Positions 27,619 to 36,250 of a stretch of 64,000 nt of DNA are shown here, piece after piece. Location of the stretch: contig JAFTXX010000003.1 of NCBI GenBank assembly GCA_017461475.1, positions 43,171 to 107,170 on the forward strand, read 5' to 3'. The notes under the pieces are model-generated. The model saw only the letters and a list, made by a program, of their open reading frames with translations, searched no databases and was not told the DNA's origin. Each line of letters begins with the position of its first letter. Positions within the stretch are counted from its first letter, which is position 1. Origin of the DNA: Clostridia bacterium (lineage in GTDB: Bacteria; Bacillota; Clostridia; Oscillospirales; CAG-272). The position numbers and the translations under genes were made by a program.

Positions 27619-30600
27619 ATGAAACTCAAAAAAATTGTATCGTTACTACTGAGTATGGTAATGATGCTAAGTATGTTGCCGATTACTATTGGTGCAGCAG
27701 AATTACCGATTAACGGTAACAAATTGGACATTGCCGACCAACAAGTCGGCCCATTCACCTTGCAGTATCTAGAAGTATATTTGCAAGAGTCTTATTTACC
27801 TGTATCTATCGTCAGCGCCGAGCAAAACGGCACTACGATAGACATTGCTCTGTCACCGGATACCGACCCGTCGGCAATGCTGCAGGCAGGCTTTGGCGGC
27901 ACAGGTATGGCCACTTTGTCTCATAGTAACAATAAATGTACTTTGTCTGACGGAAACGGAACCATGACTTGTTCGGTTACCGCATTTCAAGGACGGCCGG
28001 TTGCCGGTGCAAGCTTTACCATTAACTTTAGTCTGGCAACACCGGCAGGACCTGCCGTAAAGTTTACCTCAAACCTTTCCGAAGCAGAAGCGGTATATGT
28101 ACAGGGCAAACCCGCAACGCCCATAACGGTTTCTGCAGAGTACGTTGGCGGTGAAACCGAAGAAAACGTAACTTATCAGTGGTACAAAAACTCCGAAAAG
28201 AGTAACGTAGGCGGAATAGCAATAGACGGTGCAACTTCGAACAGATACACTCCTGCAACCGATGAAATCGGCATTGCCTATTACTATGTAACAGCCTCGT
28301 GCGAGGGCTTGAGCGCAACAAGTAAAATTGCGACAGTTACCGTAGAAGCCCCCGAAGTCAAATTTACATCCAATCTTAATGAAACCGAAATTAAGTGCAC
28401 TCAGGGCAAAGATGTTCCTGCTCTTACAGTAGCCGCAGAGTACACAGGTGTAACCGATAACGCCGTAACGTATCAGTGGTATTCAAATACAACCAAGAGT
28501 ACAGAGGGCGGCACTCTTATCGAAAATGCAACAGATGCAAGCTATACTCCCGCTTCCGATAATGTAGGAACTACATATTATTACGTTGTAGCTACTTGCG
28601 AAGAAAAGAATAGCGCAAGTAAAATTGCAACTGTTACCATAGAGGAGCCGATAGTAAAGATTACAAGCGACCTTGATGAAGAGGAAAAGTTCTGCATTTT
28701 CGGCAAGAGTGCTCCGAATCTTGCAATATCGGCGGAGTATACCGGAGTTACAGAAGAAGTCATTACATATCAGTGGTATTCAAATACAACCAAGAGCACC
28801 GAGGACGGTACGCCTATTGATAATGCAATCGAGGCAAGCTATACTCCTAAAACCGACGCATTGGGTACAACCTATTACTATGCGGTTGCATCTTGCGAAG
28901 GGAAGTCAGCCGTAAGTGCCATCGCTACGGTTACGGTAGAAGCAGACCTTTCACCCGAAAGCGGCTTGTGGCTTGGCATTGAGACATCCAATGGCAGTGT
29001 AAACTTTGTAAAATTCACCGATGCAAACGGCGAAAAAATCGATGGGCTCTATTCCGAACTTGACGGTACAAAAATAACAGTTACTTTGCCGCGAAGCTAT
29101 GGCGCAAACGAAAAAGTCACCGCCGACTTTAATTTGACACAGACTGCGACAAATGATGGAAAATTACCGTTCATTTCAGGCAGTAATGCATTTAATCAGG
29201 GCGTAGGAAGCACTACGGCATACACAGTAGCTCTTGCAAGCGGAAGAGCAACAAAGACGCTGTATCTTTATAATTCCAAGCCCCGCGCAACGAATAACAA
29301 TCCTGCTGTTTACATTATAAGCTATGCAATAGCCAATGAAATTCCCGCACTGGCTGACGGGCAGAATACAGAAGGAACTGCTGAGATCGTTGCAGGCAAT
29401 GCATACACGCTTGACCTTGCACCTGTTTTTACGGATGCTGACGGAGATGCTCTCACTTACAGCGTCAAGATAAACGGTGAAGCGGCAGTAGCGGCAGATG
29501 TAAATTACAGTTTTGCTCCTACACTCGGCGGAACATATACGCTTGAATTTTTTGCAAACGACTTCATGTCCGCTTCCGAGCAGTCGTATACGGTTACACT
29601 TGATGTAATAAATTCTACCGTAACATACGATATGTCCGTTTTGCTTCCGAGTGATATAGCTCCCGCATTTTATATCACAAACGGTTATGATAGCGGCACT
29701 GATGTTCTCGGTGACACACTTGTATTTGTGTCAGGCGAGACGGCAGACGGATATATTCCTTACACCGTTTCTGTCCCCGAGAATATTTCCGAAATTTCTG
29801 TAAGAGATGCCGCATACGGCGGCATGGCAATACCTGCTGCAAGTGAAAGCACCGTAACGCTTCAAAAGGTAGAAACGGAAATCATAGACTTTAGCGATAA
29901 AGAAATTTCGGGTACTGTCAGCGTTTCTTACGGCGAGAAAAAAGCCGTAGGTGTTGACGGCAAATTCCTGCTTGTACCGCAAAAGGAATATAAGTTTACG
30001 GCATCTCCCGAAAACACCTCAATATATAGTGCAAAAACAGAAACACTCACTTTAACCGAAGAAATCACCGCTGTAACCGTTAAAGTACCGTATAAAAACC
30101 CTAAAACGATCATTACTACCACGGGGGCAACCGCAAAAATGTTCAAGTATGCGGGTAACTATCATGTGCATACCGTATATGAACCTCTTGCAACCGTGGA
30201 AAACGGAAACGGCACCTCCACGCATTATTTCAGCGTAAGCGGAGATATCAGCTACCGTGTTTCAATGGAAGGCAAAATCACGAAGGCTGGATATCTCAAA
30301 ACTGGCAATTCTGTAACAGTGCTTCACAGTGAAGCGGACAAGCTCCCCACCGACAGAGTTGACTATACCACCGTAGGCACAAATGCCGCCGAGGTCGGTG
30401 ATGACAGCGTCCTTCTGGGTATCAATCAGCAAAACCATCTTTCTTTGTTGCTTGGTGCAACAAAAACACTCAAAGCATACAGAACATGGCAGATTATCGA
30501 CCTAAGTTACAATAACCACATTATTGAACCCGATTTCAGTTTTAATATAATTTCGGGTGAAGACGTTGTCAGCCTTGCGCCTTATGAGAATCAGCCCACA

Positions 30601-33093
30601 ACCAACGGCAGCGGAAACTGGCGAAAGCTTACTGCTATCGGAGAGGGTACTGCGGTTGTCGAGGTCACCTACGATGCTATCGACATCAGCGGCGGTTCGT
30701 ATAACGGCTTTTACGGTGCGGCAGATCCTGCAAGAACAGGACTTTTTATAGTTACCGTTGGTGAAAATGTTCCTGACGTTGATTTTGGCATAGACTGCAA
30801 AACCGGTGCCGACAGTATGGTTTATACTCCCTCGAATGCAAAGCCTTGGGACGCGGAGTTTGATACGCTCTACTTCCTTGGCGAAAGCGGAGAAATCAAG
30901 CTTTCCCCCACATTTGCAGATGGTAATATAACCGAGGTTGCAGTATCGGGCGATAAGGGTGAAAGCTATACCGTTCTTGAAGAAACCGACGGAGTTTATA
31001 CCGCACCTATTATATCTGGCAACAATATCATTCGTGTTACCACAGATAAAGGTATAGCATATCAGATAGTTCGAGGCGATAAAGTTGAACTTGCGATTAA
31101 GAACATTACAAATCCCGGTAAGCCCATATCTGCCGGCGATGAGATAAGCCTTACACTTATCGGTGTACACACACCTATACCGAAAATTGCAGGCACCTAC
31201 AATCCCGGATACAAAAACAACATGGACGGCGATGGCGGAGTACATCTCCATTACAGTTTCGGCGACGATACCATTAAAAGTGAGGGCAAGCAATACAACT
31301 TCTCATTGTATGGCACTACTGTAAAGTTTACTGTTCCCGCGGATAGCGAAGAAACCGAATTTACGCTTACAGACGGTTATATCGGTGTGGGCGTAATAGG
31401 AGTTACTACTTTCCCGAATGACGGAGAAAGCCACCGAAATATTCCCGATGCCGGAGGCACTACAAGAGGAAGCACAACTACATTCCACACACGTAGTCTG
31501 CTTCCGGACATTACAGTCAAAGTAGGTATGCTCCCGAGCGGCAATACCGCACCCTTTATCCGTGAAAATGCACCTAAGACCGCCACTTTGAATCTCGGCG
31601 GAACATATGCTCTCAGTATGTCGAAGGTTTTCACAGACCGCGAAAGTGACACTCTCACCTACACCGCGAAAGTCGGTAACGGCGAAGCTTCTTTGGTAGC
31701 GGATGCGTATTATACATTTACTCCCGACTCAGTTGGCACATGTACAATAGAGTTTACAGCAAATGACGGCACAGTGGACAGTGATATACACACTGTAACA
31801 CTTTATGTTAAAGAAAAACAAAGCACTTCCACGTCGTCAATTGAATTTGACATTGATGAAGATGATATTGCCGGCTATGTAAAAGTAAGCTTTGCGGACA
31901 AAGGAAAGCGCGTTGAGGGTGAAGAGAATATAACCTACCCGAAGGCGCTTGGTACAATCATTTCAACAAAACGTGTTCCTTTTGCAGACGGCGACACCGT
32001 TGCAGACGTCACTCTCCGTTTACTTGATGCGTACGGGTTTACATACGAATACACCGGAACAACAAAGGATGGCTTCTACCTTGCTTCAATTGGTGGTTTT
32101 ACACTTAAAGGCATAAGCTATGATTCGTTCGGCGAATTTGATGCAGGTACAGGCTCGGGCTGGATGATTACACTTAATAATGATTTCATTGAGTACGGAG
32201 CGTCCGAGTTTGAAGTAGCAAACGGTGATGTAATTAAATGGCAGTATACCTGTCAGCTTGGTTCAGACATTGGTGATCCATTCTATTCCGACTCATCTTC
32301 TTCCGAAAGCTCAACAAACACCTATACAGTTAAGTTTGAAACAAACGGCGGAAGTGCTGTAAGTAATCAAAAGGTTGACAAAAATGATACCGCCACAGAA
32401 CCCGAAGCACCTACCAAGGACGGCTATACCTTCGGCGGTTGGTACACTGACAAGGAACTGACCAAAGAGTATGATTTTGACACCAAGGTTACAAAGAGCT
32501 TTACACTGTATGCGAAGTGGACGGAAAAAGCTTCGGCAGACGAAAATCATTTCAGTGACATCGGCGAAAACGATTGGTACTACCTCTATGTACAGTATGT
32601 ATACGAAAACGGACTTATGCAGGGCACCGATGACGGTTTTGAGCCAGACGGCAACATGACAAGAGCTATGCTTGTTACCGTGCTGTACAGACTTGACGGC
32701 GCGGAGAACGGCAAAGACGGTTGCAGATTCACGGATGTTGCAGAGGGCGAGTGGTACGCGGACGCTGTTGCATGGGCAAATGAAAACGGCATCGTCGTTG
32801 GCATCAGCGAGACAGAATTTGCACCGAACGACAACATCACTCGCGAGCAGATGGCGGCTGTAATCTATCGCTATGCAAAGTTCAAGGGATATGATGTCAG
32901 CGACAAAGCAGACATTTCTGACTTTGCAGACGCGGATGAGATAAGCGGGTATGCACTCGACGCACTTGCGTGGGCAAATGCAAATGAACTTGTAAAGGGC
33001 ACTACGGACACAACCGTATCGCCTAAAGGCACGGCTACGCGTGCGCATGTAGCGGCCATCCTCATGCGCTTTTGCGAGAACATAGCAAAATAA
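27619..33093 (+). CDS. 1,824-aa SLH-anchored multidomain surface protein: Ig-like YQWY repeats, cadherin-like modules, a DUF4430-like module, a Listeria-Bacteroides-type repeat and 3 SLH
   Basis: AAAGGAGAA RBS and signal peptide MKLKKIVSLLLSMVMMLSMLPITIGAAE. Three tandem ~99-aa repeats. FTDADGDALTYS and FTDRESDTLTYT modules. GSGWMITLNN...NGDVIKWQYTCQLGSDIG. YTVKFETNGG...GYTFGGWYTD. Three canonical SLH repeats at the C-terminus. Confidence 0.9.
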   Translation: MKLKKIVSLLLSMVMMLSMLPITIGAAELPINGNKLDIADQQVGPFTLQYLEVYLQESYLPVSIVSAEQNGTTIDIALSPDTDPSAMLQAGFGGTGMATLSHSNNKCTLSDGNGTMTCSVTAFQGRPVAGASFTINFSLATPAGPAVKFTSNLSEAEAVYVQGKPATPITVSAEYVGGETEENVTYQWYKNSEKSNVGGIAIDGATSNRYTPATDEIGIAYYYVTASCEGLSATSKIATVTVEAPEVKFTSNLNETEIKCTQGKDVPALTVAAEYTGVTDNAVTYQWYSNTTKSTEGGTLIENATDASYTPASDNVGTTYYYVVATCEEKNSASKIATVTIEEPIVKITSDLDEEEKFCIFGKSAPNLAISAEYTGVTEEVITYQWYSNTTKSTEDGTPIDNAIEASYTPKTDALGTTYYYAVASCEGKSAVSAIATVTVEADLSPESGLWLGIETSNGSVNFVKFTDANGEKIDGLYSELDGTKITVTLPRSYGANEKVTADFNLTQTATNDGKLPFISGSNAFNQGVGSTTAYTVALASGRATKTLYLYNSKPRATNNNPAVYIISYAIANEIPALADGQNTEGTAEIVAGNAYTLDLAPVFTDADGDALTYSVKINGEAAVAADVNYSFAPTLGGTYTLEFFANDFMSASEQSYTVTLDVINSTVTYDMSVLLPSDIAPAFYITNGYDSGTDVLGDTLVFVSGETADGYIPYTVSVPENISEISVRDAAYGGMAIPAASESTVTLQKVETEIIDFSDKEISGTVSVSYGEKKAVGVDGKFLLVPQKEYKFTASPENTSIYSAKTETLTLTEEITAVTVKVPYKNPKTIITTTGATAKMFKYAGNYHVHTVYEPLATVENGNGTSTHYFSVSGDISYRVSMEGKITKAGYLKTGNSVTVLHSEADKLPTDRVDYTTVGTNAAEVGDDSVLLGINQQNHLSLLLGATKTLKAYRTWQIIDLSYNNHIIEPDFSFNIISGEDVVSLAPYENQPTTNGSGNWRKLTAIGEGTAVVEVTYDAIDISGGSYNGFYGAADPARTGLFIVTVGENVPDVDFGIDCKTGADSMVYTPSNAKPWDAEFDTLYFLGESGEIKLSPTFADGNITEVAVSGDKGESYTVLEETDGVYTAPIISGNNIIRVTTDKGIAYQIVRGDKVELAIKNITNPGKPISAGDEISLTLIGVHTPIPKIAGTYNPGYKNNMDGDGGVHLHYSFGDDTIKSEGKQYNFSLYGTTVKFTVPADSEETEFTLTDGYIGVGVIGVTTFPNDGESHRNIPDAGGTTRGSTTTFHTRSLLPDITVKVGMLPSGNTAPFIRENAPKTATLNLGGTYALSMSKVFTDRESDTLTYTAKVGNGEASLVADAYYTFTPDSVGTCTIEFTANDGTVDSDIHTVTLYVKEKQSTSTSSIEFDIDEDDIAGYVKVSFADKGKRVEGEENITYPKALGTIISTKRVPFADGDTVADVTLRLLDAYGFTYEYTGTTKDGFYLASIGGFTLKGISYDSFGEFDAGTGSGWMITLNNDFIEYGASEFEVANGDVIKWQYTCQLGSDIGDPFYSDSSSSESSTNTYTVKFETNGGSAVSNQKVDKNDTATEPEAPTKDGYTFGGWYTDKELTKEYDFDTKVTKSFTLYAKWTEKASADENHFSDIGENDWYYLYVQYVYENGLMQGTDDGFEPDGNMTRAMLVTVLYRLDGAENGKDGCRFTDVAEGEWYADAVAWANENGIVVGISETEFAPNDNITREQMAAVIYRYAKFKGYDVSDKADISDFADADEISGYALDALAWANANELVKGTTDTTVSPKGTATRAHVAAILMRFCENIAK
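28051..28944 (+). repeat. Three in-frame tandem repeats of ~298 bp inside the giant gene
   Basis: Units start at 28051, 28351 and 28648. Each encodes P.VK(F/I)TS.L.E.E....GK......(V/I).AEY.G.....VTYQWY.N..KS..GG..I..A..(N/A)(R/S)YTP..D..G..YYY....CE......S.IATVT(V/I)E. Confidence 0.9.
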
Positions 33094-33156
33094 CTTATAG
33101 GGATTGCGAACAGCCGCTATGGCTGCTCGCTTTTCCCGTTTTAGAAAGGGTATACG

Positions 33157-34716
33157 ATGAAGAAGATATTTTCACTCTTGCTGTGTCTGCTAATGTTTGT
33201 CAGCACGGTTTTACCTGCCTTTGCCGCGGAGAGTGACACAGTTTCCGACGTCGCGGCGTATGTATACAAAACTGTGGCTTCACCGCAGGTCGGCTCTGTC
33301 GGCGGTGAGTGGGCGGTGCTTGGACTTGCACGCGGCGGTGCGGATATCCCAAGCGAATACTATGCCGATTATTATGCAAACGTTGAGGCGTATGTAAAAG
33401 AGTGTAAAGGCGTTTTGCATACAAAGAAGTATACCGAGTATTCGCGCGTGATACTTGCGCTGACCGCAATAGGCAAAGACCCCTCAAATGTTGCTGGGTA
33501 TGATTTGATCGCACCGCTCGGCGACTTTGATAAAACTGTATGGCAGGGGGTAAACGGCGCGATATTTGCGCTGATTGCCCTTGACAGCGGCGATTATGAA
33601 AGTGACCTTCGCGAAAGGTATGTTGATTATATTTTGCAAAAACAACTCGCCGACGGCGGTTTTGCGCTCTCGGGCGAGAGTGCCGATGCCGATGTTACCG
33701 CTATGGCGCTGCAGGCGCTTGCAAAGTATAAAAATAACGCTGCGGTTAAAACAGCAATAGAAAAAGCACTCCTTTGCTTGTCCGAAATGCAAAACGCAAG
33801 CGGCGGTTTTTCAATCAGTGGAGAGGAAACCGCCGAGAGCGCGGCGCAGGTAACAGTCGCGCTTTGCGAGCTCGGTATTTCTCTTGACGATACACGCTTT
33901 GTCAAAAACGGCAATACCGTGCTTGACAATTTGATGACCTATTATGTCAATGGAGAGGGCTTTAGACATACGCATAGCGGCGGCACAAATCAGATGGCAA
34001 CAGAGCAATGCTTTTACGCGCTCGTTGCCGCCGAGCGTTTGGCAAGCGGCAAAAACAGCCTCTACTGCATGAGTGATGCGGCAAATCTTGTGGGTGACGC
34101 CGCAGGTCTTGCAGGCAAGCACGCCGATGTTAATGTAAAGCCGATAGTCGCCGTAAAAACATTTGCAGACATCAAAGGTCACAAAAATCAATCAGCAATA
34201 GAGGCGCTCGCGTCAAGAAAAATAATCAACGGCAAAAGCGATACATCGTTTGAACCAAGTGCAACGATGACACGCGCAGAGTTTGCAACGATAGTGGTAA
34301 ATGCACTCGGACTTCCTCGTCAAAGCAAAGCGGTGTTTGCGGATGTCACGGGCGGCGATTGGTACTACAGCTACATCAATACCGCGTATGCTTACGGCAT
34401 TATCAAGGGCGTATCAGACACCGAGTTTAACCCAGGCGGCACTATAACGCGCGAAGAAGCGGCAGTCATGGTAGCACGCGCGGCAAAGCTGTGCGGTATG
34501 GACACCGATTATACCGCGTATGAAGCGCGCAATATCCTTGCAGGATTTTCCGATTATGTAAAGGCGTCGGAATGGGCATATAGCTCGCTTGCATTTTGCT
34601 ATGATAAAGGCGTTTTGGACGACAGCGCCATGTCGATACAACCGAAAGCTGCCGTAACGCGCGGAGAGATCGCACAAATGCTTTACAATATGCTTTCGCT
34701 GGCAAAGCTTTTATAA
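33157..34716 (+). CDS. SLH-anchored protein with a prenyltransferase/squalene-oxidase-type alpha/alpha-toroid domain
   Basis: Signal peptide ..PAFAAE. Repeats of the type GGEWAVLGLARGG, QGVNGAIFALIALD, QLADGGFALSG, QNASGGFSISG. Three SLH repeats (FADIKGH.., FADVTGGDWYY.., FSDYVKASEWAY..). Confidence 0.8.
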   Translation: MKKIFSLLLCLLMFVSTVLPAFAAESDTVSDVAAYVYKTVASPQVGSVGGEWAVLGLARGGADIPSEYYADYYANVEAYVKECKGVLHTKKYTEYSRVILALTAIGKDPSNVAGYDLIAPLGDFDKTVWQGVNGAIFALIALDSGDYESDLRERYVDYILQKQLADGGFALSGESADADVTAMALQALAKYKNNAAVKTAIEKALLCLSEMQNASGGFSISGEETAESAAQVTVALCELGISLDDTRFVKNGNTVLDNLMTYYVNGEGFRHTHSGGTNQMATEQCFYALVAAERLASGKNSLYCMSDAANLVGDAAGLAGKHADVNVKPIVAVKTFADIKGHKNQSAIEALASRKIINGKSDTSFEPSATMTRAEFATIVVNALGLPRQSKAVFADVTGGDWYYSYINTAYAYGIIKGVSDTEFNPGGTITREEAAVMVARAAKLCGMDTDYTAYEARNILAGFSDYVKASEWAYSSLAFCYDKGVLDDSAMSIQPKAAVTRGEIAQMLYNMLSLAKLL

Positions 34717-34725
34717 GGAGAACGG

Positions 34726-35370
34726 ATGAAAAAACATATCAACAAGATCATAGCGGCTGTACTTGTCCTTGCGGTTTTGGTATTTGTATTTTGGTGGGGC
34801 GGCAATGCACCGAGCCTTCGCGGCTTCGGCAATGCCGAGGAGACGACAGCCGATACCGCCGTAACCGACAAGTACAAAACAAATACCGTGCCAGAGGATA
34901 AACCTTCTCCCGTCGAACCCGAGGACGCGGTCATTTCGGACAGGGAACTTACCTGTACGCTTTCGGTGCGGTGCGATACGATTTTGGATAACTTAAACTG
35001 GCTCGACCCCGAAAAGGTAGAGCTTGTTCCCAAAGACGGCGTTATCTACGCTGAAAAAACGGTCACATTTTACGAGGGCGAAAGCGTGTTTAATCTGCTT
35101 GTACGTGAGATGAAGCAAAATAAGATTCACATGGAGTTTGTCAATACCCCCATCTACAATAGCGCTTACATTGAGGGAATCGGCAATCTCTATGAATTTG
35201 ACTGCGGCGAGCTTTCGGGTTGGATGTACAAGGTGAACGACTGGTTCCCGAACTACGGCTGCTCGCGCTATCAGCTTTGCGACGGCGACAAAGTCGAATG
35301 GGTATATACATGCGACCTCGGCGAAGATGTCGGCGGCGGATATTCCTCGGGAGTACAAAAGGATGAATGA
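34726..35370 (+). CDS. Membrane-anchored DUF4430-like protein (transcobalamin beta-domain-like)
   Basis: N-terminal TM IIAAVLVLAVLVFVFWW. C-terminal LSGWMYKVNDWFPNYGCSRYQLCDGDKVEWVYTCDLGEDVG. Confidence 0.75.
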   Translation: MKKHINKIIAAVLVLAVLVFVFWWGGNAPSLRGFGNAEETTADTAVTDKYKTNTVPEDKPSPVEPEDAVISDRELTCTLSVRCDTILDNLNWLDPEKVELVPKDGVIYAEKTVTFYEGESVFNLLVREMKQNKIHMEFVNTPIYNSAYIEGIGNLYEFDCGELSGWMYKVNDWFPNYGCSRYQLCDGDKVEWVYTCDLGEDVGGGYSSGVQKDE

Positions 35371-36250
35371 GTTTAAGACATACCATCCGATTGTTAACTT
35401 TGCTTATTTTGCATTCGTTATCGGATTTTCGATGTTTTATATGCACCCCGTATGCCTTGCCGTCACGCTTGCAAGCGGCTTTGTCTATTCGGTAATGCTC
35501 AAAGGCCCAAAAGCGATAAAAACAAATCTTTTGTATATGCTGCCGACAATGCTTATAACGGCGCTTATGAATCCTGCGTTTAACCACGAAGGCGTGACCA
35601 TCCTCACATATCTGCCGAGCGGCAATCCGCTCACGCTCGAGTCGATATTGTACGGTCTCTCGGCGGCGGTGATGATAGTCAGCGTGATGTGTCACTTTTC
35701 GTGCTACAACGCCGTTATGACAAGCGATAAATTCATCTATTTGTTCGGTAGAGTGATTCCGTCGCTGTCGCTGATACTTTCCATGACGCTTCGCTTTGTG
35801 CCAAAATTTACGTCACAGCTTAAAGTGGTAACAAACGCACAGAAATGCATCGGGCGAGATGTTTCAAACGGCTCGCTCTTGCAGAGAGCGAAAAACGGCA
35901 TTTCCATACTGTCTGTAATGGTTACATGGTCGCTTGAAAATGCGGTAGAGACAGCAGACAGCATGAAGTCGCGCGGCTACGGTATGCGTGGGCGCACCGC
36001 GTTTTCGATTTTTAGATTTGACAAGCGGGACGCGGCGGCGCTTCTTTGCATTTCGTTTTTGGGAGTTTATGTGCTTGTCGGCGGTGTTGCGGGCGGTATG
36101 GATTTCAGATATTTTCCGTCTGTAAAAGCCACAGAACCGACTATATATACTGTCAGCATTTTTGCGGCATATTTTGCGCTGTGCGCATTGCCGATAGCGG
36201 TTGAAGTCTTAGAGGTGAGAAAGTGGAAAGCTATAAGATCCAAAATTTAA
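35363..36250 (+). CDS. ECF transporter transmembrane (T) component, CbiQ/EcfT family
   Basis: ATGAATGA start/stop overlap with the previous gene. About 5-6 TM segments. C-terminal ..VETADSMKSRGYG.. (conserved Arg-Gly coupling-helix-like motif). Confidence 0.8.
   Translation: MNEFKTYHPIVNFAYFAFVIGFSMFYMHPVCLAVTLASGFVYSVMLKGPKAIKTNLLYMLPTMLITALMNPAFNHEGVTILTYLPSGNPLTLESILYGLSAAVMIVSVMCHFSCYNAVMTSDKFIYLFGRVIPSLSLILSMTLRFVPKFTSQLKVVTNAQKCIGRDVSNGSLLQRAKNGISILSVMVTWSLENAVETADSMKSRGYGMRGRTAFSIFRFDKRDAAALLCISFLGVYVLVGGVAGGMDFRYFPSVKATEPTIYTVSIFAAYFALCALPIAVEVLEVRKWKAIRSKI

Noticed and set aside
28051-28944. Regular ~298-bp periodicity checked as a possible CRISPR or satellite array
   Set aside because: The units are in frame inside a long ORF, about 300 bp long, and diverged mainly at synonymous or conservative positions. 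They are protein-domain repeats, not repeat-spacer architecture.
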